Positions 14,015 to 26,800 of a DNA stretch of 64,000 bases are shown one piece after another (position 1 is the stretch's first letter; each line of letters begins with the position of its first letter). The position numbers and the translations under genes are program-made. The notes under the pieces were generated by a model. The model had not been told where the DNA came from, ran no database searches, and was given only the letters and a program-made list of their open reading frames with translations. The DNA comes from an uncultured virus (IMG/VR IMGVR_UViG_3300028591_000115) (taxonomy: Duplodnaviria; Heunggongvirae; Uroviricota; Caudoviricetes): IMG/VR virus record IMGVR_UViG_3300028591_000115; one strand, written 5' to 3'.

Positions 14015-16876
14015 TCAACCTCCTTGTCCACCTTGAACAGTTAATGTATTTTTAATTTGAGTTTCAAGCGTTTTTTCTGCGACACGATAATTATTATATG
14101 CCCCATTAATTGTTGCAAAACTATAATCAGTATTAGCAACAGTATAAATTGTATAATTAGTTACATAATTAAACCATTCATTAACTGCAATTTGTGAAAA
14201 CCGATCACCTGTCCAAATAAATAACAATGTATTTGCATCAGACGGTTTATTCGCAATTTCAGTTAAATTAAATGTATATTTATACCATTCAAGTTTTTTC
14301 TTTTCTGCTTCAACTCTAGCTGGATTAATACCTGCGCCAGTTTCAATCGAATAATCAATTTTATTAACTTGATAAAAGAAATTAATCCAAACATCATTGC
14401 CAATAGTCCAATATACTTCATTTGGCTCTAAATAATTAATAGACACAATGTCTTGACTACCAGAATCATAAGCTGTAATATCAATTAATGCATTGTTTGC
14501 ATTTTTAGTACGAATACGCTTATTTGGCGTCATCTATACAAGATTGCCAGTAGATGGATTATATCTATAATAAACTGTTGCATTATTTTCTGTTGTTTTA
14601 TAAATAACAAATTCGCCATATAATAATGAATATTTATTTTTATAATTAGATGCCCACTGACTTGCTATACCAGGTTCTGTAACTTCTGGATAAGTATGAG
14701 CAACTGTTTTATAACAATTACTTACAATATATTTATTACCAGAGAAATCTTCTATAATATTACGACTCTATCCACTCGCGCCAGATGCTAACTAATTACC
14801 ATATGCGCTCCAACCAAAATACGTCATAACTTTTTGAGAAGAAACATTATCAGTAGTAATTGAAGTATCTATGCGCACAGTTAAATAAATAGTTCCCGTT
14901 GCACCCATTAATTCTTGACGAGAATTGGTAAATGCAACAAGCTTTAATGGCCCTATATAGGGTTCATTCCGCACCATTTCATAAGTACCATCAATACCCA
15001 TCATAAATGTAGAATCGCCCCAAGAGAACATTTTGGCTTTAACAGAAGTAGGAACTTGAATCATAATTCTAGAAACTGCTTGACCGTCTGTGAAATCATA
15101 ATTTTGTAATGCAGTTAAAATTTGATTATTACGCTGATCCGCATCATCAATATAAGCATATGTTGCCATAATACCATTACGAACATTGCTTATATCAACT
15201 GTTTTAACTACATCGACATATGTATGGCCTTCTTCATCGCCAGTTCCTTTAGATAATAATTCATATTTTAATAATGCATCAGTAGTATATGGCTAAATTT
15301 CATCTGCAGTTGCACTAAAAGAATGTATCATACGACTTGTGCCATTAAAAGGTGACAATGACACATTCATTAATTTAACTATAAAATTACCTTCTTGCGG
15401 TGATTTAAATAATTTAATCTTACCATTATTCAACCATGATAGCGCAAACATAGTAAAATTCTTTTCTGCAGCAATATTTTCATCGGTTTGATCTGTTGTT
15501 TCTATAAACTAAGACCAAGCATCTAATTGCCCTAATTTACCATTAATCGCATAGTTATGATATTGTAACTCTTTGCCTCTTGTTCTAAGCAATTCAATAG
15601 GTAACAGTTCAGATTTTTTCATAAATAATTCTTTATCATCTGATAAATATGTAAGTAATCCAGTAATAGGAAATTCTTTATAACAAAGATTGCCATTTCT
15701 AAAAATTAATGGGTATTTACTTCCTAATGTAGTTTTTTTCGTTTCAGAAATAACTTCTTTAAAAGAGCTAACATTAGCATTATATCGAATTTTTAACTGT
15801 CGTTTACCATCAAATAAAAATGCATCTTCAAAATAAGATGCAATTGAAGAAACTGAAACTGCGCGTTGAGAAAGAATATTTGCAGAACTAATTTTCTACA
15901 ATCCATATTTGTATGCAATACCAGATTCAATAGAATAATCATAAAACACAAATTCAGAATATTTTCCAAAAGATTGGAATGAATATAAAATAAGCCAATT
16001 TTCAAAGCTCGTTTTAGAATCAGTGCGCTCTAAATAATAATTACCAGAAAAAGCAATTTCATTAGAAGATCCATTAGGTTCTATTGTTATTTTAATACGG
16101 CCATTTTCATAATCTAATTCAGACTTTATAATAATAGGCAATGTTTCACCAACTGCAACTGCCGATTGTACTCCATACTATGGACTAGCAACTTCAAGTC
16201 CATTGGTAGTAATAATTTTATACTACATCGTATAATTTGCAGAAGAATCAAACATTTCAGTTAATGTTAATAAATCAACAGAAGAACTAAGTTCAGTATC
16301 TGTTGAACTATCATGAATTAACCAACCAGTATCTAAAAATGTTTTTTGTTCTATTTCATGTGTTAAAGTATTACGTTTAGAGCTATTAATAATAAATCTA
16401 TATTGATAAACTTTTTCACTAACATCTAAATTACTATACTATCCATAAAATTGTACAGTATTTACAGAGTTAGTTACACCAGACTCTAAGCCTTGAATAA
16501 TAACACTTGGGCATTCAGTATATTTAGCAATAGAAACAGTAGAATAATAGCCATCTTCACGTACACCATTATTCATAGTATAGTATGCTAATTGCAATTT
16601 ATAATAATTACCTTTTACTAATTTTTTTGCTAAATCACTACCTGCGGGAAGTGTATATGTAACTGTAAAATTTTGATCATCCCAATTTTCAGTTTTTAAT
16701 ACTCCAACTAGAGTATCAACCGTGGTTCTTTTAATTCGAAGAAGTAATCCTTTAACAGCGGCACGACTGACAGACTAATTCATAGTAAAAGGGACCACGA
16801 TGTTCGTGGTCCCCGACAAGTCTGTATAAAATGAAGGGAGTGTGCCAGCTATTGTTGGAGGATATAGCTTAGCCAT
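14015..16876 (-). CDS. Tail/baseplate structural protein (~953 aa, TAG-recoded)
   Basis: ATG at 16876 after GAGGAGG (MAKLYPPTIAG), in frame with fragments starting 16141, 15169 and 14533; ends at TGA 14015. Contains an Fn3-like DYSIESGIAYKYGL segment. Confidence 0.7.
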
Positions 16877-16878
16877 AA

Positions 16879-17265
16879 TTACGCCTCCTCATCAATTAAT
16901 AACTCAAGTGCCTCCATCTGTTTTGGGGTAAATTCCATGCTTTCAATCAAAGACATTGGAATTCTACGAAGTTCAACTTCTGTAGTAAAACCATCAAGTG
17001 CAACACGTGCTTCGCGGCACTCTTCTTCCATGCCTTCCTTGATCTTAAATACATTTTCAGCTGTCTGAACAAACTGACCATTCTCGTCTTGAACAAGGAA
17101 TTTGTTCGCAAATTCACGTTCACGTTCAATATAAAATTCAGTTTCCTGTTTTAATATTGCATTATCCTTTGCAAGAATTAAACTAAGCTTAAAAGGAAGC
17201 TTATTATTTTGCATAGAATTAATACAATCAGCAATCATTGAAATTTGATTAAAAGTAAGTGTCAT
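16879..17265 (-). CDS. Small phage tail-module protein (128 aa)
   Basis: Intact ORF with AGGAG RBS; helical and acidic, typical of small genes next to tail genes. Confidence 0.75.
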   Translation of the reverse strand: MTLTFNQISMIADCINSMQNNKLPFKLSLILAKDNAILKQETEFYIEREREFANKFLVQDENGQFVQTAENVFKIKEGMEEECREARVALDGFTTEVELRRIPMSLIESMEFTPKQMEALELLIDEEA

Positions 17266-17291
17266 TTTTTCATTTCTCCTTTTTCTCTTTA

Positions 17292-20200
17292 TTAACCACT
17301 GCCAGAGATAGTCATTGAAGTAATCTTAGGTGTAATTGTGCTAACACTATGAGTACAATGCGCTGCGCCATCAGTTCCTATATAAGGACTACCAGATAGA
17401 GTGCCACCATCGTAATCTAAAGTATAAGTAACACTAAATGAAACATCTTTAGAATGACTATTCCCACCCGTGACAGTGACAGTGCCGCCATCTTGGGTAC
17501 CAGTAACCGATACAGCTACTCCCTCCCACAAATCGTCAAAAACCGATTGCGCGATTGAAACAATCGTCGCATATAAGGAACCACTTTCACCAAGCATTCC
17601 ATCAATTACTGAACTTAATTGTGATTTCAAAGAGTCAGTAATGTTTCCTTCTCCAAGTGCACTTTCAATAGCAGAACTAATAGCAGATTTCATTGCATCT
17701 GTATTAGCTCCAAGTGCGCTAGCAATAGCACCACTTAAAGCATTATCGGCATCAGCGGTAATTAAACCACTAATTGCTTTACTTAAAGCACCATTCGAAT
17801 CAGTTGTAAGTAAATTGCCAATAGCTTTACTTAATACTTGATCACTATCATTAGATAATAAACCAGCAATAGTAGTTGATAATGAAAGCCCCATAGTTGC
17901 ATCAGTTAATGCAGCAGATAATGCATCTGCAATATATTGTGTATTTTTATCAGCAACTACATGACCATTTTCCCATCTTAACCCTAAAGCATTTGCATCT
18001 GCTTCAGTTAATTCACCGTTCATATAACGCTTAAATCTTCTAATAATGGACCAAGCGGCGTTTAATGCTTGAACAGCTTTTCTAAATGCTGCAGCTGTAG
18101 CTTCATTAACACGAATAATGTTATTCATCAAACGTGCATCATTTTCATACACTTCAGCAATGGTTGCAGCATATGAATTTCCAATTTGCACTTCATTGGC
18201 ATATATATTCCAACGACGTGCGGGAGTTCCTAAAATACTATTCGTTTTGAAAGGTCTAATAATACAAATGCCATCTTCAAATCCAATATCAGCCAAATCA
18301 TCATCTGTATATGCTACTTTATCATATTTTAATGTCTTTAAATAAGAAGGCTTTAATTCAGCAGGATTATTATCTAAATTGGTTAAAAATTCTACTCTAA
18401 AACCATAGCCTCTTGATCCATCATGACTTTCAGAATCAAAATCTGGAATACCTGTTGTTTCATCAATATATGGATGAGTTTCATCCGCAAATAAACCAAC
18501 ATCAAAACGATTATTATTAACTAATTGATTTAATGACTAATTTACTAAATTAATACGACGATTATCATCAGATACATCTGTATTAATTTTAACTAAATAA
18601 GCGCCACCTTCTTGATATTCACCAGGATCAGTATCTGCCCATGAGCCAGTCCCTGTTCCACTAACAGTATCATCTTGTTCATTATCTTGTCTAGCATCTT
18701 GATTATATTGAATACCAGTATAAGTAGTTAATGTACTAGTAATAGATGATTCTGTTAAAGTTGTAGAATACGTAGTTGCGCCTGTTGTTAAACCAACCAA
18801 TGCAACTCTTGCCAAATAAATTGTGCCCATTGTATATATAGATGATCCGGTATCACCATTGGTAGCAATTTTATTACCAATAAACAAAACACCCGTGGTA
18901 CCATCTAATACTATTTGGCCAGAGCCAACACGTATCTAATTTAAACTAGGATCTAATGCAATAGACTCAACAACCTCGCTATTATTATTATAACGATAAG
19001 TTGCCATAACACCATTATTATTAGTTCCCCACGCGGAAATTGTCCCACCCATTAACATCATTTTTTCTCGTATAATGGTATCAGCAATTGCCGCATCATC
19101 ACCTTGTACAAACTTATTTTGTGTAGCAAACTAAAATTGTACAGGTTCATCCTCACTATAAGTAAAATATGCCAATGGAGGATATGCATTAACCTTTGCC
19201 CAAACAACATTTCTGTCATTGGTTTTTGAATATTTAAATTTAGGATTTTCATAATCATCAACCAATGGTTGATCATTACCACTACCCGCATTTAAATCAT
19301 TAGAATTAATATATCCTAATTTAGTAGTATTATTTAAAGAACAACTTACAACAGCATAATTATTAACAACTCTTACTACATCAACTTGTGTATTCGCTGG
19401 AACCTCAGCAACAATTGCAATCGCGCTTGTTGAAGTATATATTTTAGTATCTTTGTTAGTTGTTGTGGAATACTAACATACTTTTTTATAATATCCTTCT
19501 TGTACTCTTTCATACCAACCAAGCGCATGAGGATCTTGATGCTAACCTTCTGCATTTTGATCTGCATTAGGCGTTACTTTCTAATATCCAGTATGGAAAT
19601 GTATACCATTTTCATCAACATAAGTATAAGATCCATCTGGCCGCACATAACTATAACCTTGACCAGATAATGTATATTCATGTCCAGCAGGGTCTGTAAA
19701 TGTTTGACCAGTATTACTAATTGTCTATTGATTACCTTGTTCATCTGTATAAGTTGTTGTACCACCGTAATATGTACTTGTATTACCATTCTAATCCAAA
19801 TAAGTTGTTTGACCATTTACCAGCGTATAACTATGGTATGGATTTCCTGTATCATCTACAATTGGATTTCCATTAGAATCAAACAAAGTATTTTGAATAG
19901 TAATATCTAAGAAATTACTATGCTCTACTGTGGTTCCTACAGCAACAGAATTATTAATCCTAATACCATCAAATTGAGCTCGATTACCATAAACTGTGCC
20001 ATCTAAACGAACACCAAAATGGATTCCTTGTTTATCTCCTGCGTATATAGCAAATTCACCATAAGTATTAAATGTTTCTGGGCCCAGTTTAGAGGCTGAA
20101 ATCTACTAATAAAGTTCAGCAGATGTTATATTAGGTTCAAGCCCGGTAGGAGTTTCAGAAAATGGATCATGAATAACTCTTATATTACCACTACTATCCA

Positions 20201-23200
20201 TAATACGAATAGTATTTTCAGTGTAACCAAGTTCAGTATTTCCTGTTGGTTCATAAACTGCTATACCATGACGAGAAGTTATTTCACCTGTACTAGAATC
20301 ATAGTCTTCTGCATAAGTAGGATGTAATTCTTCTTCAGATTCAAAAACTGTACCACCAGAAGAGGTAGTAGTAATTGCACGTTTAATGACTGTATACTCA
20401 ACCCATTCAGTATAACCATTAGCAGTTTTTAATTTTAACTTTGCACTATTTGGTAATAAGAAAGTTACTTGTGTTCCATCAGTTTCAGTAACAATAGGCT
20501 CGCCATTCTCTGTTAAAAACTTTGTGGCATTACCAGTCTAAAAAGATAATAATTGATCTTTTGTATAGGCGCGACCTGTTACTTCCGGATCTCCTAAAAA
20601 TATAATACCAGAATTATTTTGTTGTGTCAAACCTGCATCACCAATATACCAAGGTGATGTATAACCAATTTTACCATGTCTTGCTAATAAATAACCATTC
20701 CATTTTACACCAAATAATGGATCATCTGCATGAGACCAATCGCTTGGACTTGTAAGACTCCATGGACCATGATAAGCTGCATAAATAGCATATCTTTCAG
20801 TGTCCTATTCAGCATAAAGTTTATTCATTGCAAGAGAACGTTCATATTTTAAATCTGCAATTTTATTATCATAATAATTATTAACATTACGATAATATTC
20901 ATCTTTAATACGTTGCTTATAAGAATCATCATAGCCTTCTAATGAAAAATTTGCAGATAAAGTATGTGAAGCTGCTAAGCCTGTGCGCTTAATATTTTCT
21001 AAACCACCAGCTTCATTAATAATAGTCATGGCATATGTATAATCATCAATATTATTAACTTCTGTTTTAGCCAAACCTTGTTCTAACATATAGAATAATG
21101 CTTGGTTATAATAAACATCATAATAATAGCAATAAACTGTTAAATCTGGAAGTAAAGTATTTACCAAATAAAGTAAATCAATATATTCAGAATTTAATTT
21201 CGATCTTATTACTGTATATGAAGATTCTACTGCTCTACCATTTCTCCAAACATTATCATAAATAGTAAAACTAGAATCTAATGGATGCACTGTTGGCGCT
21301 TCATATGAAGAAGCAGGCATTCCCGCACTTGCTGCAACAATCCAAAAGTTTAAAGAACCTGTTGTATTTGAAGCTTTATATGTAATGCCTCCTCTAATTG
21401 CATCTGTATCATATGGACGTGGATCATATGAAGAAGCTCTAGTTGCACCAATATCATTAAGAGTTTTATATTTTTCTCCAGCAGATTGCCAAATTCCAGA
21501 ATATGAATAATACTGTCCATCTTCTTCAATATTGAAATTAGCAGTCTGTCTTGCGTTACTTGGTAATGTTACACCAAGTACATTTTCAACATTAGGGAAC
21601 AAACCATACTACGCAGGAGAAGATTGACCCGCGGCATTATAGTGATTATGATAATGTTCATTAATTAATTTATATACAAATAATCTATGAGCTAAATTAT
21701 CTTTGTCATATAATGCATTACGCACATTCTCCGCTAAACTATTTAGTGTTGATTCAAAATTTTGGTATTGAGAAAGCAATGCCATAGCTCTATTGTACTA
21801 TTGCATATATTCATCATAGCGTTCCCAAGTAATTTCACCTTGATTGTACTATGATTCAGCTCTTACTCTTGTTTGCTCCCATTTTGATTCATATTGTTCT
21901 GAATCAAATGTCTCAACTGCTTCATCACCTGAACCAGTTGTTTTAAATACGCCACCCATGGCTCTTAATGCAGATTTTAATGAATCCATTGTTAAAGGGA
22001 CTCTTAATGAACCGTCATCATTTAAAATCTGCTATTCTTTTAATATAGAAACAATATAATCTAAATTAGCCTATACAGCAATGAATGTATTAAAATAATG
22101 GTAAACATCCATTGTAAAAGCTGATTTATCTAAATAAGGATAAAGATTTAATACTAAATTTGCAATACTACCTTCTGGTAAAGTAATTTCTTTACCAAGC
22201 GCAATCTATCTATCTTCTTCAGCTTTATCAATTAATTTCTAATAATCATTAAATGTCGTAAAGAGGTCCGTTTGATCTAAACCAGGCATACCTAAATACA
22301 TAAATCTATCAGCAGTAAAATCATATGGATCTTCTGTATCATTAAGTTTTGCATGAATAGACGCTTGTACATTTTCTAATGCGGTATCAATTAATTCAAT
22401 AGTAACATCATCTAAAGTAGTAGCATTAGTATTAGCCAACACAGATGCTTTTTCTTCATCAGTTAAATGATCTTTTAAAGACAAAGGAGGATCAAGTTTC
22501 AAGAAATTCTTCGCTACATTTAATGCAGTAGCAGCAGCCTCCCAGGTTTTCATTTGATCTTCATGAATATATTTTTGATATAAACCAGTTGAATTAATAT
22601 ACCAATTACCAATGCGACCATATTTAGAAACAATACCACCGCTCGTTAATAAACCATGCGCTGGATCAACAACAAAATAATTATTGTCTGAATCCGCCAT
22701 AAATTCATTTGCCCAAGTAAGATCACGCTCAGTATCAAACGCAATACACCGAGCTGCGTCCACAGGAATTTTACAATATAAGAAATAAGGACTAATACCT
22801 TTATTATCAGTATTATAATATCCTTCACCAGATTGCGCTAAAGTATTTGGATTTAAATTCAAATAGCAAGATTTATCACTATTACTAATTAAAGCATTAT
22901 TACCATCAAATTGAATACGGCCTTTTCCTGCTGGGCCAATATATCCTGTACCGTCATCTAAGAAAGCAAATGAGCCAGCACCTTCAAGGAAACCATAAAT
23001 GCCAGAAGCATTTTCACGTTTATCTTCACTATCAAAAGTTTCATCACCTTTTGATGCCCAGTTGCCCATCATAACACCAGTAAATGCACCAGTAGTAGCG
23101 TTTTTAGTACCTGCAGCCATCATGGTTGCTAATACTGCACCATTCTCATAATCTAATGTAAGAGTTTTACCATTCCACATATTGATTAAAGATGATGGAT

Positions 23201-26200
23201 ATAAAGATCTATCGAATGCTAATGCTTGAACAAAAGTAGCAGTGCGATCCTCAGATTTAATTTCAGTTTGACCAGTTGTTTCATTATATTCAGCATATTT
23301 ACGTTGCCAATCTACCTTAAAACGTAAAGAAATTAAATATAATGGATCAGTCGCATAAGCATCTTTCCATACCCAAGAATTTTGTGTTGTAGCTTCTGTG
23401 TCTAATGAACCTACACCGCTTGGTTGATAAATCATACGATATTCATTAGTTTCAGGCGGTGATTTAACGCTTACTGCAGAAGTTAAACCATGTGAAGTAC
23501 CATATGGTACATTCTATGTATAAACCATTTTAGATTCATTTACATAGGATTTCCATTTTCTATGTGCTTCATCATCATCATCTGGGTCATAGGATTGATA
23601 ATCACCTTTTTCATAATCAAGATACATATAATTCTTTTTAGGATCATATTCATCACTTGAAAAGACTGGATATTTTTCTCTTTCATATTTTGAGGTGACT
23701 TTCAAGTATACTAAATTCTTTAAAAATTGATCTTCTACATCAAGATGCCATGTTGGATAGAAGAAACGAGATACATCATCATAATAAACACCATTTTCTT
23801 CATCGTCAACCATTGCATCATATTTACAAATAAAATTACCAGAATAATATTGCGGTGATTGACCATCACTACAAAATTGAATGCGATCTGGACAAGTAAT
23901 AGAATGATTAGTTAAAAACCATTCATCATCAGTAATACGTAAACCACGACGTGCATGAAGAACTTCATTCTTTAAATTCTCATGACTATAGCCAATTGCT
24001 TTCATGTCATTTGTGTCATGTTCTGCCAAATCAAGAGGATTAGTTAAAGTTACTTCAACATTAACAACAATAGGGTCACAACTAAATGGAGCTTCTGCAG
24101 TTAAAATAGCGTTGTGGCCACATACTGTTACACCGTCTGGCGCTAATAAATCTGATAATTCTTGATTTTTAAATGAGCCATCAAACATCATATTTTCGCT
24201 GCGGGAAATGAATGACCATCTACAAGTATAATCATCATAACACTCTCTACCCCACATGTCTAATATACGACATTCTAATTGGAATGTTTGCTTGATTTCT
24301 CTATTACCAACCTTTTTACTTGCTACAATATAACTATTTCCTGTTGGCAAAACAATATTAATCATAGGCGTGTAACAACTACCTTGCATCATTGCTTTAC
24401 CAAAATGGAATTCTCTTCTTACATTAAATGTTTGTCCCGCACGTTCTATTTTTGCTGTAATAGTATTATTAGCATACATATAATTATACATGTCTTTAAT
24501 CTTAAACGCACGAGTACATAAATCATCAACATCAAATTTTGTTAAAATATTTTCTGCATTTTCGCCAGTCCACAGAACATTAATGCTGTCTCGTCCTGCA
24601 AAATATGGAGAAGCATTTTTATATTCTTGTGGAATTCGATAGAATTCCATCATAGATTCGTTTGTTGGCGGCAAATCCCAAGTTACTTTAAATGGAGGAT
24701 TATACTTATACTATGTAGTATCATAATTATCCTCAACTTTAGGTTCACCTTCAGCCCAATCGGCTAGCCGCACATAAGCGTTCCAATCATGCTGTCCAGA
24801 AAGAACCACATTTTTATCGTCACGAATCCAAATATCTACAAAATATTCAATATCAGAAAATTTTACATTGTCATAACCATGAAGGATTAACTCTTCACCA
24901 TTATAATTATATCGTATTTCTTTTTTATCATCTGTGGTTAAAACACGATTATTTTCATCATAAACCATAAAGTGTTGTAATGTTTCATCTGGATATAAAA
25001 TTTGTCTTGTTCCATCTTCAAGAGACATTAACATTCCAACACGCAAAACAACTTTATTATTTAATGCGATAGATTGAGCGTCAGCTTCTGGTGAGAGTAT
25101 ATTCTAAAAAATAATAACATCACTTAAATAATGCTATCCATCAATTTCTACTGCCACTCTAATACGATAATCATCTTTATCTAAGCTACAAGTAAATGAT
25201 AAAGCTCTTGATGAATATCGTTCTTGATCATATGTATCAATCGCTTCAGGAGCATTCGCTTTTTGAATTGGTGCCCATAAAGTTGTTCCAGCATAAGTGT
25301 CATATGGTTCTAAATGTGAAACAGTCTATAATTTATAATAAGTCTATGAATCACTAAATGTGTCAGATTCAAGAACATGAATATAAACGCCATCTCGTTC
25401 AATATAATAATCTGTTTTATTCTCTGCAGTAGGATTGCCAACTCTTACATATTCTTGAATCCCATAAATTGGATTTGTACTATCAGCAACCCAATCTTTT
25501 TTCTTAATATACCAATATACTTTTGCTTTAAGTCCTTCTAATTCTTCATCACTATCATAAAGTTTATATTTACCAGTTTCTTTGTCTTGATAAACAAAAG
25601 CCATCATACAGGTTTTATTATCAAATACTGTGCGGTCAGTTACATTATCTGGTTCTTGACCATATTTCAAATCATTGAAAGTATAAAGATAAACTTTATT
25701 ACCTTCCATTTCAGACATTGCATAACCACTATAAACTGCTAATTTTTTAAATAATAAATTATATTCACATGGTCTATTCCCAAGAGACTCAATTTTCCAT
25801 GGAATTTCTTCATTATATTCATTGATAAATTTAGATGCATCAGATTCTGGATCTTGCCAAAAATATATATCTACGCTACCAATACTAAAAGCATCACTTA
25901 AATCAAAAATAGCTTGCTATGTTGTAAATGATGGATATACATATGGATTACCATACATTTGAGTAGTATTAAAATAAAATACTCTTGTATATGGAGTACT
26001 TGCTTCACCAGATTTATTTTTCAATAAACCTTTAACAACAATTTTTAATCCATAATCACCGCTAACCGGTCTTGAATCAATCAAAAGAGATTGGATATCA
26101 ACTGTAACACCAAGTTTTGTACCAATTAAAGGTGTTTCTTCATCGCCTGGATAACTTGCAATATGCCAATCTGTATCATTTATAGTTGGCCACTCATTTG

Positions 26201-26693
26201 TTCTTTTAATTAATTCACTTTCTTTTTGATTCGCACGATATTGATATACATTATCACCCTGATTAATTAATTCTTTTAATTGAATAAAATCATCAAAAGG
26301 AAATGAATAACTAAAAATGCCTTCTTCATTAGTTTCTGCACGAAGCCCCATAATGAATTTTTGATTTTTATAATCACCCTCTGGAATAGTAACATATACA
26401 ACATCATCTACTTCATATGTCGCACCATTCTATGAATAAGCCTCACATTGAACATCGCCAATGCGCACATTATATATACCATTTTTAATACGTTCTTCTT
26501 TTGTTTCAAGAATAACGCCCTATTTGGTGACATCATTTCTTAGTTTTTTAAGTTCTGAGTCAATGAGAAATTGTTGCGATTTAATAATATTGTTTAGCAT
26601 TGTTACTTTTTCTTCTGCTGCCAAGCTGCGATCACTTTGAATATTTTCACCAGCTTGGTTATATTCAGCTTCGCTAACTTCATTTATTGCCAT
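17292..26693 (-). CDS. Very large tail-associated protein (~3,133 aa, TAG-recoded) with a putative SH3b-like domain
   Basis: ATG at 26693 after AGGAG. Fragments starting 26351, 25718, 25046, 24674, 23435, 21602, 18887 and 18296 are all in this frame, and the gene ends at TAA 17292. GxIGxW beta motifs; not every gap codon was checked. Confidence 0.7.
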
Positions 26694-26715
26694 TAACTCA
26701 TCTCCTTTTTCTCAT

Positions 26716-26744
26716 ATTCTATATTAATTTAATTTTTCTGTCAA
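26716..26744 (-). promoter_or_regulatory. SigA-type promoter for the tail-tip operon
   Basis: TTGACA-17 nt-TAGAAT on the minus strand, just upstream of the 26693 start. Confidence 0.7.
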
Positions 26745-26764
26745 ATTTATTTAAGAGATATACC

Positions 26765-26800
26765 CAAATAAAAAATATGAGGGGCCTAAGCCCCTCATAT
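26765..26800 (-). terminator. Intrinsic terminator after the tape measure gene
   Basis: ATATGAGGGGC-ttag-GCCCCTCATAT followed by a T-run on the minus strand. Confidence 0.8.
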
